From: the human T2T-CHM13v2.0 reference genome, Homo sapiens
Assembly: GCF_009914755.1 (NCBI RefSeq)
Contig: NC_060935.1
Length of the DNA: 64,000 bases
Reading direction: 5' to 3' (one strand)
The notes below the pieces were generated by a model. It ran no database searches and had not been told where the DNA came from. It worked only from the letters and a program-made list of their open reading frames with translations. Made by a program: the position numbers and the translations under genes. Positions 14,270 to 26,691 of the stretch are shown in pieces. Every line of letters begins with the position of its first letter. Position 1 is the stretch's first letter.

Positions 14270-14930
14270 AGGGTGTCCCGGACGCTACTCACAGTACCTC
14301 TTGGCAAGGACGAGATGAGAAGGAGCTGAAGAAAAGTGAGCCCCAACTGCGTCCAGCAACCCAGCTCCATCCTTGCCGCGGCTGGTGCCCGAGCGTCTAC
14401 TGGGGAGGGAGAGGAGGGACCCAGGGAGGCCGGGGGCAGGCGGGTTTTACAGGGACCTCCCCGAGCCCCAGCTGAGCGGGAGCTCGGGTTTCAGCTCGCC
14501 AGGCTCTCCCATCCTCATCTGAGGGGAACCACCTTCAGCCAGAGCGACGTCAGCCCAAACCTCTCCTCTCTGCTGCCTTAACCCTTGCGGGGCCCCGGGA
14601 GGTGTGGCCACGCCTGGAGACCCGCGGACGGCGGCTGCAAAGGAAGCTGCGGGGCAGGGAGGCCAGCCTGGGTACAGGTGGGGTCCCAGTGTTGGGTGCT
14701 GGGAGGAGGGGCCATAGGACCCTGGGCGGGAGCAGAGGTACCCAGGGCTGCGGGGCGCTCAGGTGAGGCCGGGAGATCTTCCTACGGGAGGCTGAGACGG
14801 GAGCTGGCTTTGCCCTCTCTGACTGCACGCGGGGAGCCTGATTAAAAGCCTGGCCTGAGAAGGAGGAGTTGGTGATGGGAGGAGAAAGGGAGCCTCCCTC
14901 CACTCCGCACGCAACACTCCTCGTTTATCT
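14270..14930 (-). promoter_or_regulatory. CpG-rich promoter / 5'UTR of PAMR1
   Basis: Sharp rise in GC and CpG relative to flanks. GC-box-like GGGCGG near 14724, near-CRE TGACGTCG on the minus strand at about 14546-14553, and TATA-like TGTAAAA on the minus strand at about 14445-14451. Confidence 0.8.
14298..14370 (-). CDS. PAMR1: PAMR1 first coding exon (signal peptide of peptidase domain containing associated with muscle regeneration 1 / RAMP)
   Basis: ORF 14167..14370 begins MELGCWTQLGLTFLQLLLISSLPR, which I recognise as the PAMR1 N-terminus (continues EYTVINEAC...). Strong Kozak (cggcaAggATGG). 73 nt = 24 codons + G, then a GT donor (AGAG|GTACTG). Phase 1 fits the next codon being GAG (Glu). 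Confidence 0.95.
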
Positions 14931-14995
14931 CCTTTCCTCTCCGTTTGCTCCAGGTGATCACAGGTTGGAAAGCTTATTATCTTTTGCAACTACAG

Positions 14996-15136
14996 GCTAC
15001 TGGAAAAAGTTTTCCTCTTCCTATGATCCCCGTCATGGTGAATTCAGCGACATAAGCAGCTCCTGAGCTACTGGAAAAAGTTTTCCTCTTCCTGTGATCC
15101 CCACGATGGTGAATTCAGCAACATAAATAGCTCCTG
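14996..15136 (+). repeat. 71-bp tandem duplication upstream of the PAMR1 promoter
   Basis: gctactggaaaaagttttcctcttcct...agctcctg at 14996-15066 and again at 15067-15136. Confidence 0.95.
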
Positions 15137-15535
15137 CGCACACGCCAGGCAGGGATGGCGAAGAACACACAAGAACCCTCACTGCCTCCACCAAAAGGGC
15201 TCAGTTTAGGTACAAGATAGCAAGTGACATCTCGAAATGAGGAAGAAGGATGTTTCATAATAGGTGACTTTTTAAAATAAACTCCTCCGTGCCAGGTGTC
15301 ATGTACCTTACATGTATTAACTCAATTATTCCTCACAATAAACCTAGCCTCTGTATTTTACAATTAGAGAAACGGAACCATTGAGGATTACAATAACTCA
15401 TCCAAGGCCACACAGTTAGTGAGGGGCAGAGCCAGGGTTTGAACCCAGGAAGCTTAGGCCCACAGGCTATAGTCTTAGCCACTAGGCTATAGAGCTTCTT
15501 AGGATGCTACATATGCAGAATTGTATTTCACCATT

Positions 15536-15655
15536 TGATATGGCTTCGCTGTGTCCCCACCCAAACCTCATCTTGAATTGTGGTTCCCATAAACCCCACG
15601 TGTCATGGGAGGGACCAGGTGGAGATAATTGAATCATGGGGACAGTTACCCCCAT
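15536..15655 (+). mobile_element. Truncated THE1/MST (MaLR) LTR fragment
   Basis: tgatatggcttcgctgtgtccccacccaaacctcatcttgaattgt...; homology ends abruptly at about 15655. Confidence 0.85.
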
Positions 15656-16763
15656 AAAAGTTTTAATTTTGTTCTCTAGATGTTGGCGGGCCCTGGTGGT
15701 TTACAAGTAGGGTGTGCTGAGCTCAAAGCAAAGTCTCGGGAAGAGAAGTCACCCTGGACTATTGATGAAGGCCTGGAGTAAGGATTAAGAAATGGAAGTG
15801 GAAGGGAAAAGATAAGGGGAGAAACCTGAGGAAGGTAGAATCTGTAAAGCTCAGGACAGATCAGAAGGTCAGGAGCCCTGACACAGGTGCTCTACTAGAA
15901 AGAATTTCTGAACTCCAGCCCTGCTTCTGGGGGCCTATTGCAGTGAAGTGACTGGAAGCAAGAACTCAGCAGGCCTGTGTTCTAATTTTGTTGATTCACC
16001 ACTTTCTGGCTGTGTGACCTTAAGCAAGTTAACTCTCTGAATCTCAGTCTTCTCATCTATAAAATGGAAATAATAATCAAACCTACTTTGTAGATCACTG
16101 GAAGAATTTAATAAGATTACGCATGTAAGGCCCATAGCACAGAGCCTACCACATATTAAGTGCACACTAAATATTAATCATTATCTCTATTATCTGACCT
16201 GAGACTGCCCCCAAGAACATCTCATGGTATGAGTCTTGTTCCTACACTCAACTTCCATATCGAGATGAAATCAGTTAAAATAAGCACCAAGAGTAGCCTT
16301 AAACAGGAGCAGAATACCAGAGGGCAGCATATACCTAAGAGGTAGAGGGCAGAGGTTCGAAGAAGGGAGGTTCACCTTGTTGCTGGCCAACCAGTCCTGG
16401 TCCTTTGGTGATGGGAGTGGGAAGAAGATGACTTAGTTCCCAAATAACTGTAGGCATAAGAGCCTCTCAGGAGTCTGTTTCAACTCCAGCTGACGGCACC
16501 TGAGCTTTACAGATTCTACCTTCCTCAGGTTTCTCCCCTTATCTTTTCCCTTCCACTTCCATTTCTTAATCTTTACTCCAGGCCTTCATCAATAGTCCAG
16601 GGTGACTTCTCTTCCCAAGACTTTGCTTCGAGCTCAGCACACCTTACTCCTAAACCACCAGGGCCCACCAACATCTAGAGAACAAAATGAAAACTTTTAT
16701 GGGGGTAACTGTCCCCATGATTCAACTATCTCCACCTGGTCCTTCCCATGACACGTGGGGTTT
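15591..16763. repeat. Inverted repeat: 265-bp arms (15591-15855 and 16499-16763), about 640 bp spacer
   Basis: About 10 substitutions and no indels in manual reverse-complement alignment (about 96%). Confidence 0.95.
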
Positions 16764-16889
16764 CTTTTCATCTTCCCTCTCCCCACCTCCCAGCCCCCAC
16801 CACACACACCTCTCTGAGTCAATACCAAGCAGCCTCATCCCTACATGAATTGCATCCCCCTGACAGGATGGGGCTCTAAGTGATGAACC

Positions 16890-17479
16890 TGAAGGGTAGC
16901 AGTGTATACCACCCCCAAATATGCCCCTTTGGCATAAGGATTATTTTGAGCTGAAAGCAGTTAAGAAGAAGTAGATACAAGAATAGGTCTCTGTTCTCCC
17001 CCCATTTTCCTAAAAGCAGACTTGAATTTATAAAATTATAGTGTCTCCACCTCCCCTCTCTACCAGGACGGACAGAAGTTAATCATTGGAGACAACCCTA
17101 GACCCTTATCAGCCCAGAGGAATCTACATACCAAAACTTACTAACTAGTCTTATCTCCCATTAGGACCCCCATTTATTTATCTTCCCATAATTTGCTACC
17201 CCTAGAAGCTCAAAGTCCTTTTTGTTTGTCTTGCCACTTCTCTGCAAATTTATTGTTCTTTTTAAAAATGCAATATGAACCCAAATTCTAACCATCTCTT
17301 TGAGTTACTCCTCACTAGGTATTTCAACATGTAAGCACCATGCACAAGTTAATAAAAAACTTTTGTTTGTTTTTCTCTTGTTAATCTGTTTTTTCTTTTT
17401 TTTGTCATTCTAATTTACAGGGCCACAGCCAAGGAATCTAAGATGGGTAGGGAAGAAAGATTATTTTTCCTTCCCAACA
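16890..17479 (+). mobile_element. ERV1 (MER4-group, MER34/MER39-like) solo LTR
   Basis: TG...CA termini, 4-bp TSD aacc on both sides, internal AATAAA near 17351. Confidence 0.8.
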
Positions 17480-19939
17480 AACCTGTTTGGCTATTTGCTA
17501 AGGAAGTCCCTGGTACCAGGTCTTTACTTCTCTAGGTTCAGGGGTCTGGAAACAGAGGCCCTTCTTCTGTTTCTGGAATCCCCTTCAAGAGTTGATTTGT
17601 TAGTTTGTTGTCACTAATTTGGGTTTGTAAATTTCCTAGAGCTGAGGACCTGGAAAGAAACTCTCAAAAAGATGCTCTGCAAAGGTGGAGGATGTATTTT
17701 TCTGGAGAAGTCAAAGCAGTAATCAGATATTACCTTGTTGAACTGCACAATAATCCCAGGGCTGGAAGAGAAAGAGGAGAACTGTTATTATGACACAGAA
17801 AAGTCAGTAGTTTACTGAGGACATTCAGCCCTACACAAATTTCTGTTTTCCTACACAAGTTTACCTTTCTCTGTCCCCATTATGGTCAACTGCATTTTTC
17901 ATATTGATAGAGTTTAGTATTGTTCTAAATCAAGGATTCTTAATCTGGAAGCTCCTGGTTGAGATGGGGTTTTTTGAGGGACTTTGAATCTTCCAAAATC
18001 ATATGCAAATTTTTGCATGCAGGTTTTTGAATAAGAGGGAGCCATAGCCTTCTCATTTGCAAACTCCCAACTTTTTTAGAATCACTAATCTTCGTAAGTT
18101 AAAATTGAAAAATGGACCAAATATTTCTCAGATTTGGGGAAAGTGATTTTGTGAATATATACAATCATTGAGTCTAGGCTATAAACTGCACAGTGGACAT
18201 TTGGAGGGCCCTCTCACCTCCTCCTCACCTTTAAAAAACTATTTCTGACTTAAGAGCACTTGCTCTGGACCATACTGACTAATGTTGAATGCAGATGGAC
18301 CACTCGCTACCTGTGTACACTTGGGCATGTTATTTCACATATGATGGCCTTGGTTTCCTCATCTGTTAAGTCTGAAGAATAGTACCTGTTGCCATTAGGG
18401 CTAGAGTAAAGAGCTCAAAACAGTGCCTAAAATATACTAAGATATCAGTAAATGTTAACTGTTTCTGTGATGCTTATCTCCCCCTCTGCCCTCACCTCCT
18501 ACCACTGCTTGCTTCGGGGAGAATAAATCACAAGAAAGGCTGTGTATGAAAAAGACAAAGTGGCATGCTGGGAGATAGGGCATGATACCTGGAATTAAGA
18601 ATTATCTACTAATAATCAGCATCAGGAATAAAAAATTGGCTGTAATAGACAGAGTCAGGCCACCCATTTAATTACAAGTCATAATACCCACTAATTTTCA
18701 CATGGTACCTTTTTCAGTGCCACCAGGGAGGCTGGTTGCATGTGAATCCACAGGGAGAAACAGCAGAGGAGACTGTCTTTGTGAATTCTTACAGTTCCCT
18801 CTATCTCCCAGCTATCACTTCTGCAGATCAGCAGCTAAGCAGCAACCACACACTGGGAAAGCCAGAGGAAACAGGCCAGAGGTAGAACTGGTCTGCAAAC
18901 CTATAAGAGGCATCCCAGACTTCTGGTAATTAAGTTTGGTTTCCATCAGCTGTGCAAAACACCAAGTTCAAGTCAGCCAAGGCCAGAGATGGAGAAGGGC
19001 AGGATTGTGGAAAAGACAAAGGGCCCTTCCACTGGAGCCTGCTGTAACTGGCCCCTTCATGGAAGTCTCCAGCCCTAATGAATCCCGGCTGTTCACCTAC
19101 ACAATGAGCAATCATGTTCTGCCTCAGGTCTGGCTCAGCTCCATTCCCTTCCACTGGGAGCCAGCAAGGGGGTAGGTACAACTGTGGTTCTTTCTCAGGC
19201 CACATTCTTCTGGCTCTATGTCATTGTTCACACAAATTGCTGAAAGTCGGCAAGCTTTTCTCCTTCATAGTTAATATGCTCCTGAATCACTTGGGGAAAC
19301 CTGTTCTTGACATCCATATGTATATTTATAAACTTCAATTTTTAAAAATGTTGTCTGCTATGCAACTGAACTGCAAAGCTTTACAGAGAACACTGGCAAA
19401 AACGTTGACCACAGTCCAAGTGGCTAACTCAAAAACAGTTGAGTCATTTGGGTAGGGAAGAAAACAAAAAATAGAATAACTCCAAGAGAAGGTAATGGAG
19501 TACAGTGGCACACAAAAAAGTCACTGTGGTGAAAAGATCCCCATATGGATCAAGGCTCTACTATGTATGAACCTGGGCAAGTCCATCAGTCCCTCTGAGT
19601 TTCAGTGTCCTCCTCTGTCAAAAGGGGTAATAGCTACCTCTGAATTTTGGTGAGAAGACTACAATGATGCTGTTATACATAATAGGAGCTCAATCAATGT
19701 GTACCATTTTTTAATATTATAACTACTGTAACTATCTATCTATGAGCACCTCATCTTGGAGTTGTTAAAAATAGGATGGAGAGAAGTGGCTTGAACTGAG
19801 AGGCACTGAGGAGGTTAGAAGGATGAGATCTGTGATTGATGATACATGGAGGATAACAGTGAGAGAGCAGTCAAAGATGATTCCCAGTTTAATGACCATG
19901 TGGTGGTGGCTGGTGCATGGTGGTGTGCTGGAGGAGCCC

Positions 19940-20945
19940 CTTTGTTCTCTGTCTCTCTCAGATTACTCTGTCTGGGAGAATCTGGGAACAACCCTGTGGA
20001 GAGTCTTACATGGAGAGGAAGTGAAGCCTCTTGACAGTAGTCACCTGAATGAGCTTGAGAACATATCCCCCAGTCCTTCAAATGACTGCAGCCCCAGCCA
20101 GCAACTTGGCTGCAACCTCATGAGAGACTCCTAGCCAGAACCACCCAGCTAAGCTGCTCCCAGATTCCTGACAGTCAGAAACTGGGCAAGATAATGCATT
20201 TTATTGTTTTAAGCAACTAAATGTGTTAGTTCATTCAGGCTGCTGAATAAAATGCCATAAACTGGGTGGCTTATAAACAACAGAAATGTATTTCTCTCAG
20301 TCCTCAAGGCTGCGAATTCCAAGGTCAAAGTCCCAGGAGATTTGTTGTCTGGTGAGGTCTCACTTTCTGGTTCACAGATGATGTGGTTCACAGCTGAGTC
20401 CTCACATGGTGGAAGGGAAGAGCCCTGATCTCTTCAGTCACCACTATGGTCTGAATGTTTGTGTACCCTAAAAATGTATTGAAACCTAATCCCAAATGTG
20501 GTGGTATTAAGAGGTGGGAACTTGAGGGTGTGACTAGGTCATGAGGGCAGAGCCTTCATGAAGGAGATTGGTATTCTTATAAAAGAGGCCTGAGGGAGAT
20601 TGTTTGCTCTTTCTGCAATGTTAGGACACAGCAAGAAGGCACCATCTATGAAGCAGAGAGTGAGCCCTCACCAGACACTGAGTCTGCTGACACTATGGGC
20701 TTGGACTTCCCAGCCTCCAGAATTGTGAGCAATAAATTTCTATTGTCTATAAATTGTATTTTTCTTATAGCAGCCTGATTGTACTAGGACAGCCCCATAT
20801 GCATCTACCAATCCAATTCATGAGGGCTCCACCCTCATGACTTAACCATCACCCAAAGGCTCCACCTCCAAACATTGTAACAGTGGGGATTAGTGTTAAA
20901 TATATAAATTGGGGGAAATCATAAACAATCAGACCATAGCACACA
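19940..20945. mobile_element. Nested MaLR LTRs (older MLT1, then MLT1B/C-like, then MLT1A-like at about 20444-20790)
   Basis: Three MLT1-type motif sets interrupt each other (ccagaaccacccagctaagctgctccc; tgtgttagttcattcaggctgc; ctatggtctgaatgtttgtg...ggacttcccagcctccagaa). Confidence 0.7.
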
Positions 20946-21709
20946 GAAATAAAATACAAATACAAAAGGTTTCTGGATTGGGCAACATGGGTTAAAGGAG
21001 AAACTAAAACTGTCTATATATCAGTAGACATGCAGCCAAATGAAAACTGCCAGCCCAGCCACATTTAATATAGATATTATTGAGCCTAAGGACTCAACAA
21101 CGAGGAATGTTTAAATAGAGTTAGATTATCGCAGTTAGGAGGCTTCCCTGTACATAAAAACAAACCAAATTCATGTGGCTTAAATAACAAGGAATTTTAT
21201 TTTCTCATATAACAATAAGCCCACAGGTAGAATGGCTCCAGAGTTGTTTAATCCTGTGGCTCAACAACAATGTAAAATACCCAGGACCAAATTACCAAAA
21301 GATATCTACAGCATGCAAGCATTTATATAAAATCTCAGAACATACAAAAAATACCATGCATTATTTATAAATATAAGCACATATCATTAAACTACTAAAA
21401 CATATAAAGAAATGACATTTCTTTCTTTAAGATAGCAGTTACTGCTGAGAAGGAAGCGCAGAGCAAAATATGGGGTATGAAATTTTTAGCAAAAATTTAA
21501 AAGAAGCACAGGCAAAATTTGAAATAATTGAAGCAAAATGTTAACATCTGTTTCATCTTTGAGATGAGTACATAGGTATCTGTTATTACCTAAGCTTTTT
21601 TTATATGCTTGGATTGTTTATAATTATATATAAATTTTATAGCGCTATAAAGATGACATAAGGGGGGAACACATAGGAAACCATTTTCAGACGGATAAAG
21701 AAAACAAGC

Positions 21710-22120
21710 ATTTATCGATTTATTTCAGAAACCATTTTGAGTGTCTGCTATACGCCAGGCACTATTCTAGGCAGTGGGGATAACATGGTGAGCAAGATGA
21801 ATGATTCCCATTTTTATGGAGTTCACTTACTGCCAGACAAAAATATGCAATAAAGAAAGAAAACCAGATGATGATAGTGTTAGAAATGAAACAGGAGAAT
21901 ATGCTAGAAAGTGACTATTTTGTGGAATCAGGGCAGGCCTCTATGAGAAGGTGACATTTAAACTGAAAACTGAGGTTAACAAAAAAAAAGAAAACCATCC
22001 ATGGGAGCCTCTGAGGAAAGGACACTCTAGGCAGAGGGAACAGCTAAGGCAAAAGGCCTGAGCTGGGAATAGGCTTAGTGTTCTTGCAGAGCACAAAGAA
22101 GGCCAGAGCAGCTGGCATCG
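21710..22120 (-). mobile_element. L2 fragment
   Basis: ttgagtgtctgctatacgccaggcactattctagg...gagaaggtgacattt. Confidence 0.7.
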
Positions 22121-22339
22121 AAGTACATCATCAACTCTTTAAACAAGAAAGAATATGAAAAGGGCCTGGAGAAAATGGAAGGATCAAGGGAGGCTTCATA
22201 TCAGTGTAACTTTATCGTTTGAGTGTTAAAGAATCCTTTGAGAATTCAATAAAAAGGTATGGATTCTAGAAAAATATACATGCATTCTGATATTTGCTTA
22301 CGGTTTCAGGATATGTGGGGACCCTCTCAAGCCTATCCA

Positions 22340-24372
22340 AAATGACCTAACTCCCACATTTGAGCCAAGGCCACATTCTTCCCAGGCAGCCCCCAGTCAA
22401 TGAGGGTACAGGGGAAAAGGCTCTGAAACTGCCATCCTCTCACTAAGATAGTGAATCAAGACAATATCACATTCAAAGGGTATAGTTGGAGATTGTTGTC
22501 ACCCCTAAAGATCTTAATGACGCAGCGATGATAAACTCTGTCATATATCCCTATCTCAACTTAATTCACCAGTCTAGTCCCTGCCAAATGTAGAATAATT
22601 GTAGATTACCACATGTTCAACCAAGTAGTAGATCCAATTATGGCTGCCTTATCATGCATGGTCTCATTGCTAGAGAAGATCTATGTCAACTCAGGTGCGT
22701 GATATGCAGCCAATGAGTTCTTTTCTGTTACAATCAGAGAAGAGAATCAGAAACAATTTTGTTCATGTGCAATGGACAATAATATGCATGTATGGTACTG
22801 TCCCAAGTGTATGTTAACTCTCTTGCAGTCATCACAATGTAGTCAGAAACAATCTGGAGTATCTGGACATCTTGCAGGATAACACATTGATCCATTACAT
22901 CAATAACAGAGCAGGGAGAGTAAAAGGTGGCTAGCACACTGGAGGCCTTGGTGAAACAACTCACTTCAGATGGTAGGAGATAAACTCTATGTAGCTGCAT
23001 GAACATGGTGCATTGGTAAAATTGTTAGGGATCCAGTGATTAGGAGAATGCTGAGAGATCCTGTTCAAAGTAAAGGATAAAATGCTGCATCTTGCATCCT
23101 CTATTACAAAGAATGAAGTACAATGTCTGGCATTGGTTGCCTCCAGAACCCTTCTTTGGTTGGGCTCTGGAGACAATACATTTCACACCTCTCAATGCCA
23201 CTTCAACCCAGGAGACCTAAAAGGTAGCTGACTGCATAGGGCCTGGAGCAAGAAAGGGATCTATAGTCAGTCCCGGCTGTAATGCAAGTAGCTTGGCCAC
23301 ATGGAACATATGACCTGGCAAAAGATTTTGTGTTGGAGATGTCAATGGGGGCAAAAGGTGCATTATGGATCTATGCAAGCCCCAGTGGGAGAATCAACTT
23401 AAGCCCCTGATGTTCTGGACCAAGGTCATGCCATCTGCAGCAGAGAATTCTATGCTTTTTGAAGAGTGAATACTGGAATGTTCCTAGACCCCAGTGGACA
23501 TAGAACACCTGACCCTGGGGTATCAAATGACCCCAAGTATGAAACTCTCCATCATGAGCTGAGTTCTATCAGACCCTCCAAGTCCTAAAGTTATACAAGC
23601 CCATGGCAATCCATCTTAAGATGGAAATGGTCCATCCAGAATCAAACCCAAGCAGGACCAGAGGGAACAATCAAGCTTCATGAGTGGAAACTCCAGACCC
23701 ACATGCCATCCTCCATGGCTGTCCAGTGCCCCTCTCTCAGCTTGCACTGTGGCCATATGGTTAGGGGAATTCCCAGTACAACTATCTGAAGGAGGGAACC
23801 CCAAGCTTGGTTTACAGGTGGGACATCTTGGTTGTTGAGTGCAAGCTGAAGGTGGGTGGTAAGTACATTGCAGCCACTTTCAAGAGTAGCTTTGAAAGAC
23901 AGTGCTGAGAAAAGATCTTTCCAATGGGTGGAGCTTTGAGTAGTGTACCTTGTCATCTGCTTTGTGTGGAAGGAGAAGTGGTCTGAGGTGAGAATATGTT
24001 TGTAGACTCATGGGCTGGGGTGAATGACTTTGCTGGCTGATCAGGAGCCTGAAGTGAAATGGACTGAATAGTTGGAGCCAAGAAAGTCTATAGTACAGGC
24101 ACATGGATGGGCATATGGGAGTGGGTACAGTGACAGTGGTCAACAAGAAAGCCTCCACCATGGAAGAGGCATTGAGCAACCCAGTAGACAAAATGGCTCA
24201 TCCAGTTGACATTAGCCACTGTTTGTCATCAGCCACCCAGGCCTGGCATGATGGGCACATAAACAGAATGGCCATAGTAGCACAGATGGAGGTGTTGCAC
24301 AGGCCACAACAGCCTAGGGTGTAGCTTACCAAGGCCAATCTAACTACTGCAACCCCTGCATATTCAACCTCC
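22340..24372 (+). mobile_element. Degenerate ERVL-class (HERV16/ERV3-16A3-like) internal pol remnant
   Basis: Relics of RT (ccaagtgtatgttaactctc = PQGYVNS-like; cattacatcaataac = HYIDD-like) and RNase H (tggtttacaggtggg = WFTDG-like). Many stops and frameshifts. Confidence 0.7.
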
Positions 24373-26341
24373 CAGTGCTGCTCCCCTGAGAAGGCACTAT
24401 TCTGACCCACCAGGAATGGGACAGGGACTGGAGATTTTGCATTCCTAACAAGGTCCCAAACAATGCCCAAAAAAGGCTAGTCTGTGTACTAGTTTGAGGA
24501 GTGAGGACTTAAAGAAGCAGAAGTTACCTCCTCTGATGTCATATGCTGGAAAATTGACAGAGGAGAAAAAGCTCTTTCAATAGGCTGTAAAGGAGAGTCA
24601 TGAAGATTTTTAGCAGGGAACACTTTTTCCTTTAAGCAGAAGCAGCAGCCCTTGAAACCTGGCATCTATGGACTAGGGAGAATTTTCCAGGCATGCTCCG
24701 TGGGAATTAAATGGTTACTCTTTGCTTAGCGGCTTAGAGGTGAGCAGCATGAATTGTGTTGCATCTAAAGGGATTTAGGATTTGTAACAAAGTCTTCTCT
24801 TTCCCCTCTGCGCTGCTGGATTGAACATGGGCCTTAAACTTTGCATCTTGAGTTTCCATGAGCTGCAACAGCATCGTTATCTGAGGAAGTATGCTACTCT
24901 CCGAAAGGGGGCCCCCATAAATCCAAGCCCACATATGCTTCCCTTGGGCTCTGCAAACCTGCTTTACCCTTTCTCCTTCACAGTGGGCCTCCCAGGGCCT
25001 CAGCACAACCATAAGTCAGACTGGACCAGGGCTGTGTTGACACCGGGCTCCTCATGAATGTCCCTCTGGTGACCTGGGCCAATTTACCTGTGATTTGGCT
25101 CTGGACTCTTTTTTTCTTATCATATTTCATTGGAAAATCTGATCTCATTTCAGGTTTGTGCTTCCAGTTCTGTTTTTGGTCAGATGATCAGTGGAATGCA
25201 GCCAGGGAAATGTAAACAGTTAATGAAATCGAACAGGGCCCACACTTTCAGTGATATTTCATGTCTCCAACAAGTCTGCCTTTCCTATTTCCTCCACTGG
25301 GCTCTTCCTCCTGGGTATGACCTGGGTCTGTTCTCCATCACCATGGTGAGCACTTCAGGGAAACACAGGTGTCTGCAGTCATCAGAAATTCAAATCCACC
25401 TGCTGGACCACATGCACGCAGGAGGGCAACTGAAGGCTAACCTGTATGCGGCGGGTCGGGGGTGGGGGTTGCTGTCTAGCCATGAGCCCAGAGGACCCAT
25501 AAATCATGCAGGTTTCCAGAGGCAAGGCGCTCTAATGGGAGTTAGGTGAGAGGCCCACCTGTGGCCAGGCGGCTGGATGCTATTAAACAGTGGCCCCAGA
25601 AGTCCTTGAAAGAGGGTGTATTTCGTTCCTTCCACTCTGGAAGCAATTTACTGTTCATGTCTGCCCTTTCTCTTATTGTGTCTCTCTGTACGTCTCTCTT
25701 TCTGCACACATGTTTGTTTCTCATTTTCTTTCACATATTTGTCTCTCTCCCCCTCTATTCTCCTTCTTTTCCCTCTCTCATTCTCTCTTTCCCCTTTCTT
25801 TTCCTTGGTTTCCCCTCTCCTCTCTTCTTTCCCCCTCCTGAATTGCAGGGAAGAAAGACTCAAAAACATAAATGAGTCACACCTAACCATCGTTACCCAG
25901 GGAAGGGGGATTTTTGAGCCCATGGCTGATGCAGGGACTGCTGCCTTGAGGAGGCATGGGAAATGGGCTGGGAGCCTCAAGGTAAAATTGAGAAGTAGCC
26001 CATTTTGTCATTGTCCTCCACTTCCACTCCTTCCCCATTTTAGCATCTGCTCACCCTTTTTGGCATCGGGCCTCCCCTCCAGGCTGCACCCAGGCTTGCC
26101 ATCACACATGGTTGCTGCTGTCTTTGCTAGTGCTACAGGCTCCAGCTCCCTTCTCCAGCCCCTCTCCCATGCTCATTGACAGAGCCCAGTTCCTCAGGAA
26201 TTGTCCCCCTTGACTAGAGACAGTTCCTCTAATAAAAGCATCTGTGCTAAGTACCTAGCTCTAGCCCAAAGGAATGACCTCAATGAAGGACATTGCTGAG
26301 TCCAGGGTCTGCCATCAACAGAGACATCTTGGGCAAGCTGG

Positions 26342-26691
<350 letters not shown>

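Noticed and set aside
14167-14297. ORF continuation GTVSSVRDTLGGHP... after the PAMR1 signal peptide
   Set aside because: Read-through into intron 1; the recognised protein diverges at the GT donor at 14297.
14336-15066. Several overlapping 65-117 aa ORFs around the promoter
   Set aside because: Expected in GC-rich, stop-poor CpG DNA; Pro/Arg/Gly-biased with no recognisable domain.
25546-26179. Longest ORF (187 aa) and overlapping ORFs
   Set aside because: Produced by the low-complexity pyrimidine tract (Leu/Ser/Phe/Pro-rich); no homology recognised.
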